Shown here piece after piece: positions 47,213-57,284 of a stretch of DNA of 64,000 nucleotides; within the stretch, counting starts at the first letter, position 1; every line of letters starts with the position of its first letter. This DNA comes from Planktothrix sp. GU0601_MAG3. GTDB lineage: Bacteria; Cyanobacteriota; Cyanobacteriia; Cyanobacteriales; Microcoleaceae. The stretch is taken from contig CP136572.1 in the NCBI GenBank assembly GCA_035193785.1, forward strand, positions 2,228,578 through 2,292,577, read 5' to 3'. The notes below the pieces were generated by a model. The model was given only the letters and a program-made list of their open reading frames with translations, had not been told where the DNA came from and searched no databases. The position numbers and the translations under genes are program-made.

Positions 47213-48173
47213 TTAACTGGCCATATAGTCATCAATATCTTTTTTTCGTTTTCGCAATTTTGTTAAGGCTTCTCTTTCAATTTGTCGGACTCGTTCCCGA
47301 CTAATATTCAGCCGATCGCCAATTTTAGCTAAGGTTAAACTTTGCCCATTTTCCAAACCAAATCGCAGGGATAATACCTGACGCTGTTGTTTCCGTTAGG
47401 TCAGCCATCATTAATTCTAAATCCGTGCGCAGAGAAGATTGCAAGGCAAAATCCTCGGGAGACGTTCCCGTATCTTCTAAAAGATCGCCTAACTCCGTGT
47501 CTTGGTTATCACCGACCCGCAGATCCAGGGACAGGGGTAAACGGGCACGTTCCAAATATTCCCGAATTTGTCGCGGGGTGAGATCCAATTCCACGGCTAA
47601 TTCCGCCATAGTTGCCGCTCGTCCCAACTTTTGAGCTAACTGACGTTGGGCTTTTTTGATTTTGTTGAGTTTTTCAGTAATATGAATTGGGAGACGAATT
47701 GTACGGCCTTTTTCAGCGATCGCCCGGGTAATCGCCTGACGAATCCACCAGTAGGCATAGGTAGAAAAGCGATATCCTTTAGTGGGATCGAATTTTTCCA
47801 CACCACGCTGCATCCCAATGGTGCCTTCTTGAATTAAGTCTAGTAAGTCTACATTCCGCTTGATGTACTTTTTGGCGACGGACACCACCAAACGCAAATT
47901 CGCCTCCACCATTTTGCGTTTCGCACTTTGGCCCTGTTCCATCACCCGTTCTAATTCCGCTTCCGATAGTCCCGCCGCGATCGCCCATTCTGCGGGACTA
48001 GGCGCTCTACCTAAATGGGTCGCTAGATCTTCCCACTGATTTTGAACGAGATTCAAGCGCTGAACTTGTTTACCATAGACAATTTCTTGTTCATGGGTTA
48101 GCAGGGGAACGCGACCAATTTCTCGTAGATAAGCGCGTACAGAGTCTGTGTCTGAGGTTTTAGCAATTTTCAT
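47213..48173 (-). CDS. sigD: Group 2 RNA polymerase sigma factor (SigD-like); apparent frameshift ~47391
   Basis: [42 protein letters not shown]; region 4 SRERVRQI lies in the shifted frame; the sigD assignment is by resemblance only. Confidence 0.8.
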
Positions 48174-48598
48174 GGCTCATCTCCGGCAGGATACCTTAAC
48201 CTATATAGGTTTGATACGTCAAGCCCCCACTCGAAGCCCGAAGGACTTAGATCTTTCGTCATCGAGTACGGACGGTTAGCCTAGGCATTACGACCTGGGG
48301 TTTTTCCAATGTTTAAGCTCTGTAACTCTGATTTTTGGTCACAGTCTTAACATAACTACATTATATGTTAAGAAGTTTAACATTTCTTAAAATAACTGAC
48401 TATCCCCCCCTTGGGGCCGAGTCGATAAAGGCTAGAGGCTATACTCCTAGGAGGGTAGCCTGTAAAAGTTTTTTTGACTGCATCACATAAAACAAAATCT
48501 TCATCTTCCTCTAACCGTTGATTTCGGTTGACAGGTTCTATCTGAGAAGTTTATGCTTTAATGTTTGGCGGTCTGCTAATTTTGTTTCAAGTTAATCC

Positions 48599-49366
48599 AT
48601 GACTTATTGTTTAGGAATTATTACGGATACGGGTTTTGTGATGGCTTCGGACTCCCGCACGAATGCCGGAGTTGATCATATTTCTACCTATCGAAAGTTA
48701 TTTGATTTTTCTAAGTCTGGCGATCGCGTTATTCTATTATGTACCGCCGGAAATCTTTCTGTTACCCAGGGTATTGTTAGCGAATTAGATCGGGATATCA
48801 AAAGTCAGGAAGATGTTAATTTGCACAGTCTTCCCTCCATGTATGAAGTGGCTCGATATATTGGTACAAAACTCAGAAAAATTCAAGAACTTGATGAAAA
48901 GTGGCTGAAAAAAGATGGCATTGAGCCCCAATGTTCCATGATATTAAGCGGCCAAATCAAAGGACAAGATCCTTGTCTATTTTTGATTTACAGCCAGGGT
49001 AATTTTATTCATGCTACCAGAGAAACGCCTTTTTTACAAATTGGAGAAACCAAATATGGTAAACCCATTTTAGATCGGACTCTAAGTTTCCATACCGATT
49101 TAGAAGCCGCGGCTAAATGTGCCTTACTTTCAATTGATTCTACCATGAAATCCAATATTTCCGTCGGGCCACCGATTGATTTAATTTTATATGAAAAAGA
49201 TAGTTTGGCAGTCAAAAATCGGCTCAGATTTCGTTTAGGAGATCCCTATCTAGCACAAATTCGTAAACTTTGGGAAGAATGTCTAAAACAAGGATTTAAT
49301 CAGATTCCCGATATTGATTGGGAACATCAAGGCAGTGATTTATCAGAAGACATTTTAATTGATTAA
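48599..49366 (+). CDS. Proteasome-type Ntn protease (Anbu)
   Basis: MTYC start (Thr nucleophile), SDSRTNAGVD, QIGETKYGKPILDR, SNISVGPP. Confidence 0.9.
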   Translation: MTYCLGIITDTGFVMASDSRTNAGVDHISTYRKLFDFSKSGDRVILLCTAGNLSVTQGIVSELDRDIKSQEDVNLHSLPSMYEVARYIGTKLRKIQELDEKWLKKDGIEPQCSMILSGQIKGQDPCLFLIYSQGNFIHATRETPFLQIGETKYGKPILDRTLSFHTDLEAAAKCALLSIDSTMKSNISVGPPIDLILYEKDSLAVKNRLRFRLGDPYLAQIRKLWEECLKQGFNQIPDIDWEHQGSDLSEDILID

Positions 49367-49446
49367 ACCATAATAGTCGTTAAATTTAGCCCTATTATTA
49401 TATAGGTTACAAATTAGTATTTTTAGCTAACAGGAGTCAAGATCAA

Positions 49447-50305
49447 ATGAAAATTGGAGTCATTGGAACCGGGTTAATGGGATTACCAATAGCCCTGCGG
49501 ATTCTGGAAATGGGATTTAAAGTTATTGTTTATAACCGCACCACATCGAAAGTAGAACCGTTAAGAGAAGCCGGGGCGATAGTAGCAGGAACTCCTCAAG
49601 GTTTAATCACCGCCAGTGATTGTATTCTGTTAATGTTAACCAATCAAGATGCTATTGAGTCAGTTTTGTTCCGTTCAGAATCGCAATCATTTTTATCAGG
49701 AAAAACAATTATTTCTATGGGAACTATTTCCCCAACGGATAGTAAAAATATCCAAAAAGAAATTATTAAAGCCGGAGGAAATTATTTAGAAGCACCAGTT
49801 TTAGGAAGTATTCCCGAAGCAAAATCCGGTACATTACAAATTATGGTCGGTTTCCACAGAAGCACAATTTAAACAGTGGTTTCATGTCTTACAACCTTTA
49901 GGAGAACCTAAATATATTGGGGAAGTTGGCAGCGCGGCGGCCTTAAAATTAGGCTTAAATCAATTAATTGCTTCCCTAACAACAGCATTCGCCCTAAGTT
50001 TGAATTTTGTTCAAGGTCAAGGAGTAGATATCGAATTATTTATGGAAATTTTGCGCAAAAGTGCCTTATATGCTCCCACCTTTGATAAAAAATTACAACG
50101 AATGTTAGAAGAAAATTATCAAAACCCCAATTTTCCCACCAAACATTTATTAAAAGATACAAATTTGTTTTTAAAAGAAGCAACATCAATGGGGTTAAAT
50201 ACCAGTTCTTTAGAAGGAGTTCGAGCAATATTAGAAGCCACCCAAACCCTGGGAAAATCAGACGAAGATTATTCCGCCTTATTTGCCGCTATTAAACCCT
50301 CCTAA
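49447..50305 (+). CDS. NAD(P)-dependent 3-hydroxyisobutyrate dehydrogenase-family oxidoreductase; apparent frameshift ~49852
   Basis: IGTGLMG, YNRT, LEAPVLGS, LKLGLN, KHLLKD. Confidence 0.9.
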
Positions 50306-50310
50306 ACCCG

Positions 50311-50536
50311 CAGGGCTGTTTCATTCTTTGTAGGGGCAATCCCCCCGTGGTTGCCCCCAATCCCCCCGTGGTTGCCCCCAATCCCCCCGTGGTTGCCCCA
50401 ATCCCCCCGTGGTTGCCCCAATCCCCCCGTGGTTGCCCCCAATCCCTGAAACGCCTGCAAATCGTGGATGGGGAGGGTAGGCACGGGGGCACTACCCCTA
50501 CAAAACTCTGGTTTCCCTGAGAATGAAACAGCCCTG
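50311..50536. mobile_element. MITE-like element with 17 bp TIR CAGGGCTGTTTCATTCT and an expanded internal 20-21 bp repeat
   Basis: CAGGGCTGTTTCATTCT..AGAATGAAACAGCCCTG; five copies of CAATCCCCCCGTGGTTGCCC. Confidence 0.75.
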
Positions 50537-50567
50537 GCTAAACCCTACAAACATATTGGGTTAGGGT

Positions 50568-51894
50568 TTAAATATTAACTTCTTCCTCGATTTGTTCTTT
50601 TGATTCTTCTCTAACTTTAAAATACCAATAAAGATTAGCAACGGTTAAATTAGATGATTTTTCTAAATTGGCTAGATTTAATGTTCTATAACCGAAATTT
50701 TCAGCATTTTCACTAACATAAATTTCGGCTTCTTTCCGTAAATCAGAACGCATTAAAAATTTAAGCTGTTGTTTCTAGGGAGGAAGAATGGGATTTTTCT
50801 CTGATATTTTCATAAAAAATCTGTTCGGGTGGTTTATCAATAGTTTTTAAAGATGATTCTAAATTAGAAACAGAATTTAACTCGCCCTCGTTCAAATCAA
50901 CACTTTCTAACAATTTCAAGTCAGAGGGAGGTAAACTGTTGAACCAATCAACTTGATTTTGCCATAGTTCTAAAGCCGCTAGATCATGATTATGAATCCG
51001 GGTAATTTCAGGAAAAATAAAATCTAATTCATCTTGCGTTTGGCAATTTTCAATTACGTTTAAAGCATCTTGACGGACTTTATTTTGAAAATGGGATAGA
51101 CGCTCACTTAATGCTTTAGGTTCTGCTTGTAAATAATAGGTTAAAGCGATCGCTTGTTCAATAATCCAAGCACATTCATATCGTCTCAGTTGACCTGCGG
51201 CTGATGTTTCAGAAAGAATATGGGGACTATTATAAATTGCCAAAGATTCACTTAACGTTTGTCGGGCGTTAGATAATTCGACATTTCTAGCATTAATATC
51301 TTGAATAGAGGTAGCAATTTTTATAAGTTTGGTAGCTTCTAAAAATCGGCTATAAGCTTTAACAAACTCTAAACGGTGTTGATTAAAGGTAATATCTTGA
51401 GCAACTTGATCAATATGTTGAATAACTTCTAATCCTTGATTTCTTAACGCTTGTTTAAGATCAATAAATCCGTCTTTAACTTCTAACTTAAGTTGTTTAA
51501 CATCTTCTCGTAATTTTAAAGTTTGCCATAAATTCACCGCCGAAAGAGCAGCAGTAACAGCTACACCCACACCGATAACAGCAGTAGTCGCTTGTAAAAC
51601 ACCTAAACTGCTTTGTAAACCATTTAACTGTCCTAAAACCGCTTGAAATCCCTGATTATTCTGATATATATTACCTGCTTTTATCACCATATTTCCCCCT
51701 GCTAGAAGGGGGTTAGCAGCAATAAAAGGGGCAAAAGGTGCATTATCAACCGTTAAACTTTTAGCGACTTCAACAAATTTACCCGTTATCGGATCTCTTA
51801 ATATGGGTAAAAGTTGACCTGTATTTGTCGTAGCTTGGATCAGCTTACCCGCAGCCCAAAGAGCTTGATTAGCCGCACTAAAGATGTACTCCAT
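50568..51894 (-). CDS. Hypothetical ~440 aa protein with hydrophobic segment and coiled coils; apparent frameshift ~50773
   Basis: The 377 aa and 61 aa ORFs join after removing one base at 50771-50775. Confidence 0.7.
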
Positions 51895-52072
51895 TGCTTT
51901 TCTCCTTTATTTAGTCAGAGTAGAAAGTTAAGAAAATTTAACTTCCGTAAACAATTTATTTTTTTTGTAACCTTTACTACACTTACTTAACTGTAATTTA
52001 ATTTAGAACAGTTTGCTTTTTTATGATACCATAGAACAATTCACAATCTCATAAATTCGATTGAACTGATAT

Positions 52073-54677
52073 ATGGACATCAGCTTAATTAACTCTGAGT
52101 CCCTAGCTTTACTATCACGGATGGCAGGGCAAGATCTCCAGAAAAAAGACGCTACCCCGGCGGTAGTTTTTATGGCGTCGTTGCTGTGCGTGCTGATGGG
52201 CGTTATTTACCAAGATGGTAAAATTACGCCTCAAGAAAGAGAAACGTTGGCAAACTAATCTAACTCGCCTGATTCCTCCTAACAGTAATTTAAAAAAATT
52301 AGTTCCTATTTTTACAAAATATATTCTTTTTTTTGGAATTTATAAAAACTTCAGTGACTTATTATTATTAATGTCTACTTTGTCTGATTCCGAGAAACTA
52401 TTATTAATCGGTTTTGGTTATCAAATGTCTGCTTCCGATGGGGAGATAGAACTTAGGGAGAAAGATTATTTAGAAAACCTGGCCAATCAAATTGATATTG
52501 ATTATCGACATATACAAATTTTTGAATCAGCTTTTAGCGACCTAGTTATTGAAGATCAAGATGCTCTTATTGAAGTTCATAGTTTACTTGATCCGGCGCA
52601 ATTTCAATTGTTAGATAATATTTTTGTTTTAGCCGCTAAAAATATTGTTGAAGTTTTACCCGCCAAACCCAGATTAAAGCGAGATAAAATTCGCGTTTTA
52701 CCTAATTATGAAAATCTTAAACAATTTCAAGAATATCGCCAACAATTAAATAATATTTGTGATCAATTTTATCAAATTATTGCTCAAAATAAGCATCAAA
52801 TCTGGTCTAAAAATTTAATTAATGATATTCAAGAAATTTCCAAGAAAAATCAATTAAAACGGTTTCGTGTAACGGTGGTGGGAGAATTTAGTCAAGGAAA
52901 ATCAACCTTTTTGAATGCCTTAGTCGGTGAAGAAATCCAGCCTGTACGGGAAATTCCTTGTACTGGCGTAGTGAGTATTTTACGATATGGAGAGCAAAAA
53001 CGGGTTATTTGTTGTTATAAAGATGGACGTAAAGAAGATATTGCCATAGAAGATTATCAAGAAAAAGTGAGTATTTCGGAAGAAGCTGCCATTGGAAATT
53101 TAAGCGATGAACTAGCCAATTGTGAAATTGAGGAAATTATTTTTGAACATCCTGATTTAGATATTTGTAGCAGTGGTGTGGAAATTATTGATTCTCCTGG
53201 GTTGAATGAACATCCTGATAGGGAAGCGATTACTCAAAAGATTCTTAAAGATACGGACGCAGCTATTTTTATCACCAGTGCTTCCCGTTGTTTGGCTAAA
53301 TCGGAACGAGATGTAATAGAAGGATTAAAACTTACCTTAAATACAGGATTATCTGATCAACCTGCTAATAATCTTTTTATTTTAGTTAATTTTTGGGATT
53401 TGGTACAAACTGAGAAGGGACGCCATCAAATTCCTAAACGAATTGAAGAAAACATTCAAGGTAAAAAACCCATTATTTCAGGAGAAAATCGAATTCACTA
53501 TATTTCTGCAAAATTAGCCTTAGATGCTATTGTGAATAATGAGCATAATGAATACATAGAAACTTTTGATTATTTTATTAATTGTATTCAAGAATTTTTA
53601 GTGAATGAGCGAGGTAAAATTGAAGTTACCTCTAGTGTAAATCGAATTCAAGCATTAACTGAAATAGCCAATAATGATTTGAAACAGTTTGAGAAAATTT
53701 TGGAGGGAAAGATCAAAATTTCTGAATCGGCAAAACTGGAAATTTTCGAGAAAATTGGAGAAGCTACTGGACGAGATATTAGGATTTTAGAGCAGGCACA
53801 ATATAGTATAGCTATTTCCCAGGAACACGCGGCTGAATCTTGGAATAAATGGGTTGAAAAATTACAAGACCGTATAGCTAAAAAAGTTGATAAATGGACA
53901 TCGAAACACTCACCTTTTGCCGATAAGGAGAAAGTTTTACAGGATTACTGCGAACAATTTACTCAATGTCTTTCTGAAGAAATACAAAATTGGATTGATG
54001 ACTTACAATCAGAAATTTTATCCCAACAGGTAAAAGAGCTAAATAACCTAATTCATTCGGAATTAGAAGCGATTAGAATAGATTTACAAAAATTGGGTAA
54101 TCAACTAGGAATCAATTTAGATGAACAATTTACTAGCAGCATGGCGAGTAATATTAGAGCCAACAATTTGGGAATTAACTCTTTCAGGGCTGGTAGCGAA
54201 AATAATGATGAGGGTGGATTCAATGTATTTGGTGGTTTGGGAGCGGGCGGATTGGCAAGTCTATTACTTACCGTTGCAGGCTTAGGATTTATCCCCGTAA
54301 TCGTTGGGGGTCTAGCGGCTTTCATTGGAGGTTTTTTATTTGGTGTTGGTGGGCCAAATCAAGATGAGGTTTATACTCAGTGTAAGTGGCAGGTATATGA
54401 CTTGGGTTTTAAAAAGTTTTTTGAGTCTCAAGAAGAAACTTTTAATACAATTTTTGAAAATATTGAATTAGTTTATCAAGAACGATATCTTGTGGTTGCT
54501 GATTTTATTGAGCAAGCAATCGCACTCTATGAAAATTTGATTGAGCAACAAGAAGAAGCTCATACTAAAACTTTAGAGGAAAAAGAAAAAACGATTGTTT
54601 GGATTAATCAACAACACCAAAAACTCGAAAAAATTCAAAGTGAACTGGAGGCTATTGTTACTGAATTTACCAGTTAA
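52073..54677 (+). CDS. TerB-like N-terminus fused to a bacterial dynamin-like GTPase; apparent frameshift ~52243
   Basis: DGKITPQE and ASDGEIELREKDYL (TerB-like); G1 GEFSQGKST, G3 DSPG, G4 NFWD, ISAK; Gly-rich hydrophobic paddle. Confidence 0.85.
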
Positions 54678-54747
54678 TTAACTAAGGGATGCAACGATAT
54701 TAGAGAATTGCCTCCTCTTTGCTTAAATTTTTATAGAGATTAAACCT

Positions 54748-54906
54748 ATGATGACAGCAGAAAAATATATGCAACTCCTCCAAGATTTTCCTCCTCGCCC
54801 GATTACCTCGGAAGCAGATTTTGCAGCGACTCAAGCTGTGATTAACAGATTACTAGATAAACCCGAACTCATCCCAGAAGAAGAAGACTATAACGATATG
54901 GAGTAA
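54748..54906 (+). pseudogene. Truncated HigA-like antitoxin N-terminus
   Basis: KYMQLLQDFPPRPITSE..VINRLLDKPEL..EEEDY then stop; HTH missing. Confidence 0.55.
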
Positions 54907-54918
54907 ACTCACAACAGC

Positions 54919-55180
54919 TTACTCACTTCTTAATAATCGGTCATACTCTGCATGGGAACCAATCCAAAACCATGCTATCTCACCGTTTTCTTCGACTGCC
55001 AAGGCTCGATAGTGAATTCCAATCCGCACCGACCAGAAACGGCCCCACCTTCTTAAAGTGCAGCGAAGGATATCGAGAATCCAGCTTGAGTAACTCATAG
55101 CATCGATCAGCTAGTTCTTGAATTTCATTCGGTAACTGTTGATAGTAATACCAGAAATCAGGGGTTGCACGATATTTCAC
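54919..55180 (-). CDS. RelE/ParE-like type II toxin; apparent frameshift ~55038
   Basis: ATPDFW..YPSLHFKKVG..WSVRIGIHYRAL..WFWIGSHAEYD; GTGA overlap with the upstream gene. Confidence 0.8.
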
Positions 55181-55377
55181 AGGTCGGTACAACGTCCTTC
55201 CCGTAGATGTTGCAGTGCTTGTTTAGCCAGCCCATCGAGCCGACCTGCTGCAACATCTTCTTCAAATTTCCGATCCCATATTTGTGCATCAAATTCTGCA
55301 AACCACACCCGGAAAGCGGCTAGTTCTTCTTTCGTTAATTGACTGACAGCACTTTCAATCTCCTGCAAATTACTCAT
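55177..55377 (-). CDS. Cognate small antitoxin
   Basis: EIESAVSQL..WDRKFEEDVAAGRLD; translationally coupled to the toxin. Confidence 0.75.
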   Translation of the reverse strand: MSNLQEIESAVSQLTKEELAAFRVWFAEFDAQIWDRKFEEDVAAGRLDGLAKQALQHLREGRCTDL

Positions 55378-56754
55378 CGAAAATTTGGGTAGAAACCCCG
55401 TCCTTTAGCGAAGCAGAGGACGGCTTTATATTTCTTTAACAAGTAATAATTAAACCGTTTGAACGTCTAATTAAGCTTATTTTGCTAAAGGCTATCTGTC
55501 CTAACCGTTTCCAGTTAGCATCGCTGACAGATATTTGTTTTTTGGTTTGACCAGAAACATAGCCAATTCCTTTTGGAGAATTAACTAAATCACCTTTCCT
55601 CAAACCAAATTCTGTTGTAGTGCTGCCATATTTTCTTCTAATGTTACCCTTAGAAGGAACCATTAAATGAAGTTGGCGACGACTAATAGGGGGACGTTTA
55701 ATTACTGCAAAAGGACAAGACGTTATCGTTACATTCCCTTGCCAACTATGTCCATGAGTATTGCTAGAAAAATGAGCTTTATACTCAAGAAAATAATAGC
55801 AAGCTAAAGTAATACCATCTACAGCATGAGATTTGACTGTTGGTTTCTGACTTGTCTTTTGATTTCTCTAACTTCAGATATTTTCTTAGATTAGATGTTT
55901 GCCAACCATAAATAGTATGTACAGTAGCTAATTGACTCAACCAATTAACCATCTGTTTTTGACCTACCATAACGGCTGAAAATCCTTTTCCTGATTTAGC
56001 TCCTTTTCGTCCAGACGTTAAATCAACATCAGCTTTGACGTACTCAAAATAAATGTCGGTAATTGGAAACATTTTAAAAAGCTCTTTTACAACTCGTAAT
56101 TCAAGTTGTCGATTAGCTCTAATTGATGGGGGTAATTTACCTTGCCTACGGTTTGAAAATCGTACTTGACGATGCGCTCTTTGGTTGAAAGGAATATTAC
56201 GGTTAATCCGTCTTCCCCTTCTTCCATGCCGCATCATTCGTCGATTATCCATGCGTTCTCGAACTTTCTTAAAAGGTAATTCAAGATGTCCTGTCCAGAG
56301 GGTAAAATTGGCTGATTGAACACCAATTCCTGAGTACAGCTTCCCAGGATCAATACCGACAGCAATGGGTTGAATTTTGTCGTCAAGTGGTTCAACTTTT
56401 AGTTGGACATAAAATTGTCCTAAATCGTTAAATTTACCAATAGCTTTACCTTCTTTGAGCCATCGTCTAGCTCGACTAGATTTAGTCGGCATTAAAGGTT
56501 GATTATTAGAAGATATTACAGGTACTCTTTGCATGGAGATAATCCTCAAGAGTTAAGTTCATAGTCCCTTTGCCCACCGTTAGAAATATGACTTGTCTTT
56601 AACAACACCTGAACCAATCAGGTTTAGAGGGAATCCGAACTAGGGAAGTATTCGGAGGTCTGTAACATCTAACGGCTCTGCGGGCTATTCACCTCTTGCG
56701 TCAACCGAATTGGTTCGGTCAATCCCCGTCCGTTTTACGGCAGGGTTGGTGAAA
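55378..56754 (-). mobile_element. Non-autonomous IS200/IS605-superfamily (ISC/OMEGA) element carrying isrB
   Basis: Related subterminal hairpins at 55396-55423 (CCCCGTCCT..AGGACGG) and 56724-56745 (CCCCGTCCG..CGGCAGGG); no tnpA; abuts ATGA. Confidence 0.8.
55436..56534 (-). CDS. isrB: IsrB-type RNA-guided nickase (RRXRR/PLMP + split RuvC, no HNH), ~365 aa; apparent frameshift ~55845
   Basis: QPLMPT, RuvC-I GIDPG, Arg-rich bridge helix RRMMRHGRRGRR, RuvC-II FEYV, RuvC-III SHAVDG, RRQLH; no CxxC/HNH insert. Confidence 0.85.
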
Positions 56755-56785
56755 CACTTAAAGTAAATTCAGTAATTAGGAATAT
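56545..56785 (-). ncRNA. omegaRNA (HEARO-like scaffold) with 5' guide taken from the flank
   Basis: ~210 nt structured non-coding region between the IS end and isrB (hairpins ACCGAA..TTCGGT, TCCGAA..TTCGGA, ACCTGA..TCAGGT); extended -10 TGGTATAAT at ~56790-56798; boundaries approximate. Confidence 0.72.
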
Positions 56786-56936
56786 GGCTAATTATACCAC
56801 TATTCATCCAATAGGGAATAGATTAAATCTCTAACTTTGTACCAATGCAGATGTTCAGAAACCCGGTTTCTCTTTCCAAAGTTAATGGGTGTTATAATCC
56901 AAATATTCTAATTAATGAGTACCACCCGAAGCAACA

Positions 56937-57179
56937 ATGTCAAGAGAAAATATAGCAACAGTTGTTAAAATCATAGAATCTCTTACAGATGCTCAACAGC
57001 AACAGCTTATTGAGCATTTACGAAAATATATTAGAGATATAAAAAATAAAAACGCCGATTTTGAAGATGAATTGCAGTGGGATCAATCTTTTCAAAAAAA
57101 CCAAAGCAAGTTAGTTGCAGCAGCAAAACTGGCAAAACAACAAATTGCTCAAGGACAAGCACAACCTATGGACTATTAG
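56937..57179 (+). CDS. Small hypothetical protein (orphan antitoxin-like)
   Basis: 80 aa ORF; EDELQWDQSF..IAQGQAQPMD resembles the antitoxin at 55177-55377. Confidence 0.6.
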   Translation: MSRENIATVVKIIESLTDAQQQQLIEHLRKYIRDIKNKNADFEDELQWDQSFQKNQSKLVAAAKLAKQQIAQGQAQPMDY

Positions 57180-57240
57180 CAATTTAGACAAAAAATTTTT
57201 GAGAAACCTAGTTTATTGTTCTATTTACCTATATAAAATA

Positions 57241-57263
57241 CCCCTTACCGATCAGGTAAGAGG
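57241..57263 (-). terminator. Hairpin after clpB
   Basis: CTTACC-GATCA-GGTAAG core between convergent genes. Confidence 0.45.
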
Positions 57264-57284
57264 TAAGAAAAAAAGATCAATTTA

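Noticed and set aside
48200..48300. Known riboswitch (glutamine, c-di-GMP) or hammerhead ribozyme
   Set aside because: I could not match the conserved core nucleotides; kept only as an unassigned structured leader.
50292..50492. ORFs with GATTGGL/GNHGGI repeats (also 60875-61081)
   Set aside because: They lie within the MITE copies.
55436..56534. Cas9, IscB or TnpB
   Set aside because: Too short for Cas9, no HNH as in IscB, and it has a PLMP N-terminus with an upstream RNA rather than TnpB architecture.
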